In this document: piece by piece, positions 1-8,995 of the stretch
Position numbering within the stretch: position 1 is the first letter of the stretch
How the letters are laid out: each line of letters opens with the position of its first letter
From: a virus
DNA length: 64,000 bases
Strand: one strand, 5' to 3'
IMG/VR virus record: IMGVR_UViG_3300009104_000006
Location: 38,094 to 102,093 of that record
Made by a program: the position numbers and the translations under genes
The notes under the pieces: model-generated
Told to the model about the DNA's origin: nothing
The model's input: the letters and a program-made list of their open reading frames with translations, nothing else
Databases searched by the model: none

Positions 1-1
1 C

Positions 2-2161
2 TCGGACATTAAGGCGAAAGGGATAGATAAAGCATCATTGATACGTCTCGACGTGCCTAATCCAATACACCTTTACGACATTAAGAGTGAGATTCAGACT
101 TATGAGGCAGATATGCCTTACACAGACCAATTGATTATTCATGCTTATCCCGACAACAAGAACATACCGGACTTTCATCCGAGAATTTGGTATTTCGATA
201 TGGAATGGCAACCCGAAGGGTGTCCACATGAAGGCGCAATTACCATGATTTCGATTGACGACACTATGGGAAATCGACCATTGGTATTCGCTTGGAAAGA
301 AAAGGAAGATGGTTGCACCATAGACCACATAGAAAGAGAAGGAGGATATGATAGATACCTCTATGGAAGCGAACAGGAAATGCTCGACGCTTTTCTTAAG
401 CACTTGAATAAGTGCAACCCCGACATTCTCATCGCGCACGCCATCTATTGGGCCGACTTGCCTAAACTCGTTGAGCGTTTAGGAAATAGAGCAGACAAAC
501 TCAGTCCATTGGGGCAAACAGTAAGGCCACGCAAAAAGGATGGCTACCACGATAATGCTCAACCAATTTTAGGAAGGCTCGTTTACGACACTGCGCTCGC
601 GTGGAATACAGGAAGCGGATTGGAGGCAGTTTGGCAGAAGAATGGACGTGGAACATTCAGAAACAAGAAACTCGCAACCATCGCAGAAGATTTAGAGTTA
701 GCCAAAGAGTTAGGTGAGCAAGGAGAAAAGATGGATGCTGATGTATTTACATGGTGGGTTGAGAACTTTGATGAGTTCGTTGATTACTGTGTGCGCGATA
801 CTACACTATTGAGGCATTGTGCTGAAAAGGTGAATGCGATACCTTACCATTTGGCTATGCAGAAAGAATGTGGAGTCGTCTTCAAAAGCACCTGCAACGT
901 ATCTCGTTTTGTAAGAGGGCGTATCTCTCGCCATACTGACATAAAGGCTCTCACCACTCACTACCACCAACGCGACCAATACGATGGCGCAGACGTGCCG
1001 GAAACTGTTGGTGGACGACACGAAGGAGTCGCCTGTATTGACTTCAAGTCCATGTATCCTCAGATTTGCGTGGATGCGAATCTATGCCCAACGACAAAAC
1101 AGAAAAGTGGCGGTGAAGAAATCCGAAGCGTTGGAAACGGAACGCATTGGAGAAAAGAGGCATCGGGCATAGGCGTCATTCCAGCCATCATTTCGGGTAT
1201 GCTTGAACTGCGACAAGACTACAAGAAGAAAATGAAAGCAGCAAAGAGCGAAGACGAGAAACTCAAATGGGATTTATTGCAGACTGCCGTTAAAGTCGCA
1301 ACCAACGCAATCTATGGCTATATGTCTCAGAAGAAAGTAAGTGGTGGATGGATAGACCCCGATGTGGGTCGCACCATCACCTACTATGGAAGAGAGTGCA
1401 TCAACACCCTTCTGCTGGAAAGTGAGAAGGCTGGTTATACGGCTCTCGCAGGCCACACCGATTCCGGTTATATTCAAATTCCATTTGATGAGATAGACGC
1501 TCACCTCAAGAGCCTCAACAAAATCATTAGAACTCGATACGAACTTCCCATGATGGAAATCGAGTTAGAAGCCTACTTTGACTATTGGCTAACTGCTGAT
1601 GTGAAGAATCAAAACTTCGGATTTATGATTTGGCCTCCCGAAAAGAAGGGGCAATTGAAAGTAACAGGATTTTCATACAAGGCTTCCAGCGTATCTCCAC
1701 TCACAAAGACGATACAAGGGAAGATATTCGATTTAGTCGGAACAGGAGCAGATGAAGAAGAAGTTACGAAGGCGATTAGAAAAATATCACTTGACGTTCT
1801 TGCGGGAAATTGGACGTGGGATGCGCTTTCACCGTATGGAAAAATAGGCAAAGCAGAATACAAGAGAACGCCGCCTATGGCCGTGAGAGGGGCATACTAC
1901 TACAATGACCATATCAACCCTAAAAATCCCTTTAGGGTCGGAGAAAGCCCACAGTGGTGCTATGTGCTACAAACTCCCAAAGATATGCCCCCGACTCTTG
2001 TCGTTGGATTTAGGGATGCGACAGAAGTCAAGGATTTCCAAATTGATTATGCCGTGTGTGTTCAGAAGTTTATCGAAAAGAAAATTGAGAACATATATCG
2101 GGTTTTGGATTGGGATATTGGAGAGGCAATTGGGAGACAAAAACCCAAGACGCATTGGTGA
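2..2161 (+). CDS. polB: Family B DNA polymerase (5'-truncated by the window edge)
   Basis: ExoI FDMEW, ExoIII YCVRD, motif A DFKSMYP, motif B KVATNAIYG, motif C variant AGHTDS. The frame is open from base 2, upstream of the TTG at 38. Confidence 0.95.
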   Translation, partial: SDIKAKGIDKASLIRLDVPNPIHLYDIKSEIQTYEADMPYTDQLIIHAYPDNKNIPDFHPRIWYFDMEWQPEGCPHEGAITMISIDDTMGNRPLVFAWKEKEDGCTIDHIEREGGYDRYLYGSEQEMLDAFLKHLNKCNPDILIAHAIYWADLPKLVERLGNRADKLSPLGQTVRPRKKDGYHDNAQPILGRLVYDTALAWNTGSGLEAVWQKNGRGTFRNKKLATIAEDLELAKELGEQGEKMDADVFTWWVENFDEFVDYCVRDTTLLRHCAEKVNAIPYHLAMQKECGVVFKSTCNVSRFVRGRISRHTDIKALTTHYHQRDQYDGADVPETVGGRHEGVACIDFKSMYPQICVDANLCPTTKQKSGGEEIRSVGNGTHWRKEASGIGVIPAIISGMLELRQDYKKKMKAAKSEDEKLKWDLLQTAVKVATNAIYGYMSQKKVSGGWIDPDVGRTITYYGRECINTLLLESEKAGYTALAGHTDSGYIQIPFDEIDAHLKSLNKIIRTRYELPMMEIELEAYFDYWLTADVKNQNFGFMIWPPEKKGQLKVTGFSYKASSVSPLTKTIQGKIFDLVGTGADEEEVTKAIRKISLDVLAGNWTWDALSPYGKIGKAEYKRTPPMAVRGAYYYNDHINPKNPFRVGESPQWCYVLQTPKDMPPTLVVGFRDATEVKDFQIDYAVCVQKFIEKKIENIYRVLDWDIGEAIGRQKPKTHW

Positions 2162-2166
2162 TTGAA

Positions 2167-2298
2167 ATGAATGGTAAAGATATAGACAAGTGGTCTGAGA
2201 TGCACGTGGGCAGCCTTGCTCTTACACGAACTATCGTAGGTTTCGTGAATGTAATCTTGAGCGTTATAGTAGTAGCGAAATTATTTGGGTGGATATGA
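2167..2298 (+). CDS. Small single-pass membrane protein (43 aa)
   Basis: GGTGA SD before ATG 2167, hydrophobic C-terminal stretch, stop overlaps the next start (ATGA). Confidence 0.65.
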   Translation: MNGKDIDKWSEMHVGSLALTRTIVGFVNVILSVIVVAKLFGWI

Positions 2299-2423
2299 TG
2301 TTGTCTCAATGCGTATGTGGATGGCATGGTATTACCACAACCTGTATGGTGAACGGAACGCCTACTTGTCCAAACTGTCGAAAACCATTCACCAATATGA
2401 GATGTGAGGGGTGTTCTGAATGA
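2295..2423 (+). CDS. Cys-rich microprotein (42 aa), probable zinc finger
   Basis: Hand-translated: MMLSQCVCGWHGITTTCMVNGTPTCPNCRKPFTNMRCEGCSE. ATGA overlaps at both ends. Confidence 0.65.
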   Translation: MMLSQCVCGWHGITTTCMVNGTPTCPNCRKPFTNMRCEGCSE

Positions 2424-3418
2424 AGTTTAATCCGAATGAAGAGGCTTTCTTTGAGCGGCGCACTGAAGCGCATACGCCGGAACTGCTTGAATCATACAAC
2501 AGGTCGTGCTATAATTGGACACCCGACATGAAGGATATGATACTGAGGGCAAGTAAATCGTCTATCAATGACTATGATTGGTGTCCTCATCAATACAAAC
2601 TCAAGAATATCTATCGTCTCTCCGAACCGGAAAACGATGACATGATTCGTGGAACGAACGTGCATAGCATAGTCGAGTATTTCTGGGATAACGTAGGAGC
2701 AAAGATTCCCGAAGCCCTCGTGCTTATGAGAGAAGGAAAGAAGATGCTCGCAAAGGACTTACTGTGGCAGGTAATACCGACACCTCCGCTTCCATACCAA
2801 TTTGGAGAAGAAGTAGTCATACGAAAGTGGTTTGATTGGCAGTGGGATAGATTTCTCATTACAGATGGAGAAAATTGGACACCCGTTGGAAACGAAATAT
2901 CAGCACACGGCGTCGTTATGGTGGAAGTGGATGGCGAAGAATATCCTGTCCATCTTCGAGGATTCATTGATACCATCTTCTCGGATGGAGAGGGCGGCTT
3001 CATACTGATGGAACTTAAGACAGGTAAATGGCGAGAGAAGAAGACTGCCACTAAGATGAGAGTGGAAATGCAGATTTACAGAATGATGCTTGAAGAAGGA
3101 GAATACACTGATTTTCTCCCTATCACACATTGGGCTTGGGAGTTCCCAAGAGGATATGTGAATGGCGGCGATAGGGCCGAATGGGAATTAGAAGAAACTG
3201 GAACACGAAAGACGCAATTCGCCCCTCGAACTGCGATGAGGAAATTACAGAACCTTGTGAAAGGACACCTATATGATTCATTTGAACCAAAAATACGAGA
3301 ATGGAGAACACCCAACGGAGAGACAATGACAAATTGCTCTTACTGTTCGTTTATGGAACTGTGTCCGGCTTGGGGAATGAATGAAGGAGAAAACGAATAT
3401 GAGAATGAAGAAGAATGA
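2420..3418 (+). CDS. Cas4/RecB-like PD-(D/E)XK exonuclease with Fe-S cluster
   Basis: N-terminal WCP, RGTNVH, catalytic GFIDT...ELKTG, QIY, C-terminal CSYC-x5-C. Confidence 0.88.
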   Translation: MKFNPNEEAFFERRTEAHTPELLESYNRSCYNWTPDMKDMILRASKSSINDYDWCPHQYKLKNIYRLSEPENDDMIRGTNVHSIVEYFWDNVGAKIPEALVLMREGKKMLAKDLLWQVIPTPPLPYQFGEEVVIRKWFDWQWDRFLITDGENWTPVGNEISAHGVVMVEVDGEEYPVHLRGFIDTIFSDGEGGFILMELKTGKWREKKTATKMRVEMQIYRMMLEEGEYTDFLPITHWAWEFPRGYVNGGDRAEWELEETGTRKTQFAPRTAMRKLQNLVKGHLYDSFEPKIREWRTPNGETMTNCSYCSFMELCPAWGMNEGENEYENEEE

Positions 3419-3722
3419 ACTGAAAGAAAAAGTGAATAGAACGGCAGACATTTTGTCTGAGATGTTGAAAGGAGAAGATGAGAACATGGAAGTGAATGTA
3501 ACTTACGGTATGTTGGGAACGGGAGATTTCAAGGCCCAATTAACCAAGCAGATGACGCTTGATTACTACACCGAAGAGAACGCAGAAGTTCCTTATTTTC
3601 ACGTTCTTGACGTTGTGATAGACAAGCGCGCATTTACGTATACTGAGAAGAACTTGTTTCCCGAAGGGCCAGCGTCCTTAGCAGTAAAAATCCATCGAAG
3701 ATACAAGGATATGGCTGAGTAA
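3399..3722 (+). CDS. Hypothetical protein
   Basis: Fills the gap between nuclease and primase, with GGAG upstream of ATG 3399. Confidence 0.7.
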   Translation: MRMKKNELKEKVNRTADILSEMLKGEDENMEVNVTYGMLGTGDFKAQLTKQMTLDYYTEENAEVPYFHVLDVVIDKRAFTYTEKNLFPEGPASLAVKIHRRYKDMAE

Positions 3723-3723
3723 T

Positions 3724-4827
3724 ATGGCGTTTGCGTCATTGATACGCGACTTCCCAAGAGAAGTCCTTGAAGTAAGTTCGAGCGGTAAGCACGGAGGGCG
3801 TTATATCGTCCGCGATTGGGAAGCGTTGGAAAAGTATTGGAGAGGGAAGAACGGGTCTGGTAATGCGTATCACACTGCATATGGGTATCGAAGCACCCAA
3901 GCGCCCAAGCACCATAGAGTCGAATACAATACTGCAATAGTCAGACACTTTGTAATGGACTTTGACTGCAAGGACTTCAAGAATGGAGGTGTTGATGTTG
4001 ATTTCTCCTTCATGCAAGAACAAGTGCAACGCCTTCACAGACACCTATTGGACAATGACTACCAACACTACATCTTCTTTACAGGAGGTGGATTTCACAT
4101 CTATATTCCTTTGTCTGAAGCATTCCTACCAATAGACGGATTGGAGGTAACAAGAATCAAAAGTGCCGGAAGAAGGCTAATGAAACGCTGGCATGATAAC
4201 CTCAACCTCTCATGTAACGACCCTACTGTTGCATTCGACCTTGCGGGAATGATACGCATCCCTAACTCCTACAACGCAAAGAGAGGGTGTTGGGTTATAC
4301 CGATTGAAAGTGATGAACTCATGTCCTTAGATTTCGAGACTATTTACGAAATAGCACAGGATTACAGACGTGGCTACATCGTTCAAGGAAGCAAACCACT
4401 CAAACTCATTCTGCCTAAGAAGAATAATGCCTTTAGCAAGAAAGAGCGAAAGAATGTATCTGATTTACCCACAGTCTCGTTAGGCTCAATCAAGGTTCTG
4501 CCTTGTATAGCCCAAGCGGCTCTTGGAGCAGGTAATCCAACACATAGAGCGAGATACCATCTCGCATCCTATCTCGCAGACAGGCTTCGTTGGTTCTTTC
4601 CGATTGATAATGTGCCGAAAGAAGACTTGCCGAAACACGTCGAGCAGATTGTGCAGATATGCTCGGAGCAAGGATGGGTCGATTGGAACGAAAACATAAC
4701 GAGAACCCAAGTCGAGAGCATAGTGTTCAAGGGTTATGCTCATGCACGTTGTGAAACTTTGATGCAAGAAGGCCTGTGTGCAGGTAAATGCAAGTATTAC
4801 GATGGAACTGCGGAGGATTTGCTATGA
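3724..4827 (+). CDS. Archaeo-eukaryotic primase, catalytic (PriS) domain fused to PriL C-terminal Fe-S domain
   Basis: AEP motifs DFD, FTGGGFHIY, RIPNSYN. C-terminal PCI..PTHRARYHLA..C-x7-C-x3-C as in PriL-CTD. Confidence 0.88.
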   Translation: MAFASLIRDFPREVLEVSSSGKHGGRYIVRDWEALEKYWRGKNGSGNAYHTAYGYRSTQAPKHHRVEYNTAIVRHFVMDFDCKDFKNGGVDVDFSFMQEQVQRLHRHLLDNDYQHYIFFTGGGFHIYIPLSEAFLPIDGLEVTRIKSAGRRLMKRWHDNLNLSCNDPTVAFDLAGMIRIPNSYNAKRGCWVIPIESDELMSLDFETIYEIAQDYRRGYIVQGSKPLKLILPKKNNAFSKKERKNVSDLPTVSLGSIKVLPCIAQAALGAGNPTHRARYHLASYLADRLRWFFPIDNVPKEDLPKHVEQIVQICSEQGWVDWNENITRTQVESIVFKGYAHARCETLMQEGLCAGKCKYYDGTAEDLL

Positions 4828-5039
4828 GAGAGTGTAGCGAATGTGGCGCCAAGTTAAGCCATAGGAACCCCCAAAGAAAAGCGAATGGAAAATACTCATT
4901 CAGAAAATTATGCCAGCCTTGTTTCAATAATCCAAAGGCCGAAGACCGTTGCATCGCCTTAACTGCGAAAGGGAAGAGGTGCAAACTTAGACGTCTTCCC
5001 GAATCAAAAAGGAATATGTGTGCGATGCACAGGAGGTGA
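4824..5039 (+). CDS. Basic double zinc-finger protein
   Basis: CSEC..CQPC plus C..T.KG.RC..C..H, ATGA overlap with the primase stop. Confidence 0.7.
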   Translation: MRECSECGAKLSHRNPQRKANGKYSFRKLCQPCFNNPKAEDRCIALTAKGKRCKLRRLPESKRNMCAMHRR

Positions 5040-5043
5040 ACAG

Positions 5044-5517
5044 ATGCAACCAATCAACGTATCTAATACGACTCTATCCACATACAAGGGGAGAAGACAC
5101 CGTAAGTTCGACGCTAAACAAAAGAAGCGGCATGACTTTGGAAAAGCACAGTGTGTGATTTGTGATGAGGTATTTACCAAATATACACATAACACAAAAG
5201 TGTGTTCTAAAGAGTGTAGGAAGAAAAAGAAAACACGCAATAATCGCAAGTATAACGAAGAAAATCCTGAGAAGCAAAAAGCGTATGCACGCAAGTATCG
5301 TGAAAAGAATCGTGAGAAGATAAAAACGGAAGCACGCAAGTGGCGCGAAGAGAATCGTGAGAAAGAAGCGGCGAGAAGCCGCAAGTATCGCAAAGAGAAT
5401 CGTGAGAAGACAAATGCGTATGGCCGCAAGTATTACGAAAAGAATCGTGAGAAGGTATTAGCGAGAGACCGCGCACGATATCACGCAAAGAAAAAACAAG
5501 AGGAAGTGAACAGATGA
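5044..5517 (+). CDS. Zn-finger protein with basic 15-aa helical repeats
   Basis: GGAGGTGA SD before ATG 5044, CVIC..CSKEC, repeats like RKYREKNREK. Confidence 0.75.
   Translation: MQPINVSNTTLSTYKGRRHRKFDAKQKKRHDFGKAQCVICDEVFTKYTHNTKVCSKECRKKKKTRNNRKYNEENPEKQKAYARKYREKNREKIKTEARKWREENREKEAARSRKYRKENREKTNAYGRKYYEKNREKVLARDRARYHAKKKQEEVNR
5245..5470 (+). repeat. Five degenerate 45-bp tandem coding repeats
   Basis: cgcaagt recurs at 5245, 5290, 5335, 5380 and 5425, with aatcgtgagaa in most units. Confidence 0.85.
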
Positions 5518-6194
5518 CTGACTTATTCATAGACACCAACGAGAGAGGCAGATTATGCGAATCCGTGATACGCAAGGCCGAAAGTGCAGGCTTGTGTGTT
5601 GAAAGAAAGACGCTTGTGGTTGGCGATTACCTGTTAGGCGCAGCGTGCATCGAAGCCAAATCGGTTAGCGACTTCCTCCATTCTTGCGACACCGGACACC
5701 TGTGGAAGCAATTGGATAACATGGATGCTAATTACGAACGCTTCTTCTTATTGATACACGGCAGTATATCAGCCTACGTCAAAATGAACAAGAAGCATTC
5801 ATACAGCCGCATCCAAAGTAAGATGGTAGGACTCATAGCGCGCACTATGGCAGATTTTGACTGCCAAGTCTTGTTTACTCCAAACGTCAGTGAAGCCGCC
5901 TCATTCGTGGTGAAACTACACAACAAACTCCACAAGCCAGCGTCTCAACATGGCGCACAGGGAATACGTAGGGTCAGCACAAACGATGTGCGGAAGGACA
6001 TACTTCTGTGCATACCCGGCATAGGCTCAGTCATGGCTGATAGATTACTCAAGGAATGTGGCTCTATTGAAGAGATGCTTTTCTTAGACTCACTCAAGAA
6101 GGTGAAAGGGTTGGGCGACAAGTCAGCGAAGAAAATCATCAAGGCATTAACCAGCGAATCTCCTGTTCACATCGAAAGGAAGGTGTTCAATTGA
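5514..6194 (+). CDS. ERCC4/XPF-family structure-specific nuclease with C-terminal HhH2
   Basis: IDTNE, GDY, EAKSxxD (ERK variant), HhH motifs IPGIG and VKGLG. Confidence 0.88.
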   Translation: MTDLFIDTNERGRLCESVIRKAESAGLCVERKTLVVGDYLLGAACIEAKSVSDFLHSCDTGHLWKQLDNMDANYERFFLLIHGSISAYVKMNKKHSYSRIQSKMVGLIARTMADFDCQVLFTPNVSEAASFVVKLHNKLHKPASQHGAQGIRRVSTNDVRKDILLCIPGIGSVMADRLLKECGSIEEMLFLDSLKKVKGLGDKSAKKIIKALTSESPVHIERKVFN

Positions 6195-6322
6195 TTTGGT
6201 ATTTAAACGAAGATAGTAATTCCGATTATTCCGAAACAATGTCTAAACAGGGAGAATTAAATACGAGTGTATAGACGGGACGAAGGAATACTCGGACAGG
6301 AGATAAGGGGAGAGAAAAGAAA
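6195..6322 (+). promoter_or_regulatory. Candidate promoter region
   Basis: Longest non-coding gap I found on the + arm, with TATA-like TATTTAAA (~6200) and AATTAAATA (~6255). Confidence 0.35.
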
Positions 6323-7735
6323 ATGAAGAAGGCAAGTGAATATGAAGCAGTGAAGAAGTTCTCCGTGTTTGACGGCTACGTCAAGCACTTCGGGAACATA
6401 TCAATGGACAACGATATACCAGCGATGCTATCGTTCTTCTTTGTGCAGGGCCAATTAGCAGTGCCATACGTGCGTATACCTTGGGGGGCAACCCACTTGG
6501 ACCCGCGTGTGCATTCGTTTTGGATTCAATCAAGCAGAACGGGCAAGTCAATTGCATGGGAGTTCGTAGGCGACGTATTGAAGGACGTGGGAATCCCTAC
6601 GGACCTCTATACCACAGGAACTGACGCAGGATTGATAGGCGGGTTCGAGGAAACATTGGTGGATGGAAACAAGGAAGTCGAATTGAAGGAAGGCTTCTTG
6701 AACGGACGAAAGGCGTTGAACTTCGATGAAGGTTCAATCATCCTCAATCCAAACAAGCATAGCCAAGAGACGGTTCTGTATCTGCAATCGGCGTGCAACC
6801 CTGTTGGAAGCAACAACAACATACTCGTCAAGCACACCAAACAAGGACGAATTGAAACTGAATCGCTGGTATCACTGTGGATTACCACATATCCACCTGC
6901 CGGCGTTAAGGAATATGTGCTGACGAAAGGAATCTTCCAACGAGTTCTGCTATATTGGTCTAATTGGAGCATGGATAGAAGAAAGAACGTCAGTCAAATG
7001 AGAGGGGAAAAGTGCTACAAGAGTATACCCAAAATGAAAGTCTCTTACGATGAGATAGTGGAATACTTCGTCTCATTGGAAAAGAGATTAAGAGACAAGG
7101 TGCTTGAACTCACGGAAACCTCCTTCGTTGAATGGGATGCTATGTCGAGAGCGGAGCAAGAAACCATATTACAGGATTGTATGACTGAGATGTTCAGTGC
7201 AGATGAAGGAACATTCTATGCCGCACTTGCTGGTTCGATAGACGACTATTACGAATTGATGGATGGATTAGGGCCGGGCATCAGCGATGTAGTGGCGTCC
7301 TTCATACCCGCTATGGAGAACTACACGGCTATCCTATCGACGCACATGGCTATGCTGGATGATAAATGGATTGTAACGGGCGACCACGTGGATATGGCAA
7401 CGGAAATTTTGTATGACCTATTCAAGAATCTCATACAGTGGCTTGAAGGCGAAGTCGAGATTGGACCGAAAGTGGCTGAAAGAGCAACACAAAGGAACAA
7501 GTGGATTGTTGCTTACCAAGCCACCGAATCTGTGGAACTTGGAAACAAGGGCGACGCATGGCGCAAAAAGAACGGAGTGATTGGTGCTTACCTATCACAG
7601 ACAGGAGTTACTCGTGGCACAGGCTACGCTCACTATGCTAAATGGGCAGTGAAATTGTTTGATAATGCTAAAGATGGCACTACGGGATATGTGCGACTAA
7701 AGGAGGAGTTCAAGAATGACAGTAAGAAAGCGTAA
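6323..7735 (+). CDS. P-loop ATPase, probable MCM-like AAA+ replicative helicase
   Basis: Walker A SSRTGKS, MCM-like TDAGLIG..EG segment, Walker B LNFDE, possible Arg finger FQR, located in the replication block. Confidence 0.7.
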   Translation: MKKASEYEAVKKFSVFDGYVKHFGNISMDNDIPAMLSFFFVQGQLAVPYVRIPWGATHLDPRVHSFWIQSSRTGKSIAWEFVGDVLKDVGIPTDLYTTGTDAGLIGGFEETLVDGNKEVELKEGFLNGRKALNFDEGSIILNPNKHSQETVLYLQSACNPVGSNNNILVKHTKQGRIETESLVSLWITTYPPAGVKEYVLTKGIFQRVLLYWSNWSMDRRKNVSQMRGEKCYKSIPKMKVSYDEIVEYFVSLEKRLRDKVLELTETSFVEWDAMSRAEQETILQDCMTEMFSADEGTFYAALAGSIDDYYELMDGLGPGISDVVASFIPAMENYTAILSTHMAMLDDKWIVTGDHVDMATEILYDLFKNLIQWLEGEVEIGPKVAERATQRNKWIVAYQATESVELGNKGDAWRKKNGVIGAYLSQTGVTRGTGYAHYAKWAVKLFDNAKDGTTGYVRLKEEFKNDSKKA

Positions 7736-7850
7736 GATGTGCGTCGAATGTAAAGGGCGCGGTGTAGTATGCTATCAAAATGTTGATGGAGAGTATGAAC
7801 TCGAACTATGTATGTGCGCAGCATACCCAAGGGAGATGATGCAGGAATGA
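7716..7850 (+). CDS. Cys-rich microprotein (44 aa) with CxxCxGxG motif
   Basis: Hand-translated: MTVRKRKMCVECKGRGVVC...LCMCAAYPREMMQE. GGAGG SD upstream, ATGA overlap downstream. Confidence 0.6.
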   Translation: MTVRKRKMCVECKGRGVVCYQNVDGEYELELCMCAAYPREMMQE

Positions 7851-7945
7851 CGGACCCGCGAATTAAGTTATTTTGGATTCAAGCCTGTCGTAGTGGCAGA
7901 TGTGGTTGTAAGATGCCATGGGCTTGTATGGAGGAAGAGAAATGA
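7847..7945 (+). CDS. Cys-rich microprotein (32 aa)
   Basis: MTDPRIKLFWIQACRSGRCGCKMPWACMEEEK, with ATGA overlaps at both ends. Confidence 0.5.
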   Translation: MTDPRIKLFWIQACRSGRCGCKMPWACMEEEK

Positions 7946-8550
7946 CGGACATAATGGCATTAGACATAGAGACAAGCAATTACTCATGGGAGATTGGTGG
8001 TTGGGATAACAAAGCCCTCTTCGACACATCAGTCGTAGCCACATGGAATGGAACGGAAGGACACATATTCACGAAAGCAGACGTCTCTCTCGACGGGTGT
8101 GAAACACATGACCTTCATCCAAGGGTTCTTGGCGACCACATAAGTAACCACGTTGCGAAAGGTGGGAGGATGCTCGGCCACAACATTATCGGATTCGACT
8201 TTCCTGTCCTTAAGCAATCGCTTGACTGCTGGGCGATAGGAGATGTAATGCAGAAATCTGAGAATGTGATTGATACTAAACTACTCTTTCAGAAGGCGTC
8301 GTTATCATACGGTAAACTTGAGTCATCTCTCCAATCACTCTCCAATCACAATTTGGGAGAAAGCAAGAGCATGAAAAGCGTCGATGCGCCCATAGGCTGG
8401 AGAGAAGGAAAATATGAGGAAGTATGCGATTACTGCCTCAAAGACGCCAAACTAACGTATGACCTATACAAGTATGGGAAAGACAATGGTGTATTGAAGT
8501 CAAGGTCATTTGAGACCGGAGACATAGTGGAGGTTGAGATAGGATGGTAG
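7942..8550 (+). CDS. DEDD (DnaQ/RNase H-fold) 3'-5' exonuclease
   Basis: LDIET, GHNIIGFD, YCLKD. Start placed at ATG 7942 after GGAGG. Confidence 0.88.
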   Translation: MTDIMALDIETSNYSWEIGGWDNKALFDTSVVATWNGTEGHIFTKADVSLDGCETHDLHPRVLGDHISNHVAKGGRMLGHNIIGFDFPVLKQSLDCWAIGDVMQKSENVIDTKLLFQKASLSYGKLESSLQSLSNHNLGESKSMKSVDAPIGWREGKYEEVCDYCLKDAKLTYDLYKYGKDNGVLKSRSFETGDIVEVEIGW

Positions 8551-8822
8551 AATACAAACCAAGAGGCGAATTGCCCGAAATAGACGATACGACAGACGAC
8601 GAGAACTACAAACTCAAGCGAGCATTAGACATATTGTTCAGCATGATACAGGGTGGAAGAAATCTATACGACATAAGTAGGGTGGCATCTAAACTTGCAG
8701 AAGAAGTAGGCTATCCGTATTTGCGAAAACCGGCTACATTGAAGGAGACATATGAGATATTAGCCGAAGCGGAAAATGCCAACCCCATCAAAAAAGACTA
8801 TCCATCGGAGGAAGAGGAATAA
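8544..8822 (+). CDS. Hypothetical protein
   Basis: 92-aa ORF overlapping both neighbours, GGAGG upstream. Confidence 0.7.
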   Translation: MVEYKPRGELPEIDDTTDDENYKLKRALDILFSMIQGGRNLYDISRVASKLAEEVGYPYLRKPATLKETYEILAEAENANPIKKDYPSEEEE

Positions 8823-8995
8823 TGGATGATGAAGGATTCCTACTACACGAAGTTATTCCCGAAGGAGCCAATATACTATTTTTCTGTTGGGTTTGCGACA
8901 CTCCATCAAATAGTGAGATTGGATTTACAGTGGGATATTGCACTCAAGAGTGCTTTGAAAAGGACTTAGAAAGATTACAGGGGGAAGAAAAATGA
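8822..8995 (+). CDS. Small zinc-binding protein (57 aa)
   Basis: Hand-translated, CWVC...YCTQEC. TAATG overlap upstream and ATGA overlap with the chaperonin. Confidence 0.6.
   Translation: MDDEGFLLHEVIPEGANILFFCWVCDTPSNSEIGFTVGYCTQECFEKDLERLQGEEK

Noticed and set aside
2420-3418. CRISPR-Cas system suggested by the Cas4-like gene
   Set aside because: No repeat-spacer array or other cas genes were seen, and solo Cas4-like nucleases are common in viruses.
5245-5470. 45-bp periodic repeat as a mini CRISPR array
   Set aside because: The units are in-frame degenerate coding repeats without a constant repeat plus unique spacer.
6291-6298. ctcggaca identical to the first 8 bases of the window
   Set aside because: An 8-bp match is expected by chance in 64 kb and is not a terminal repeat.
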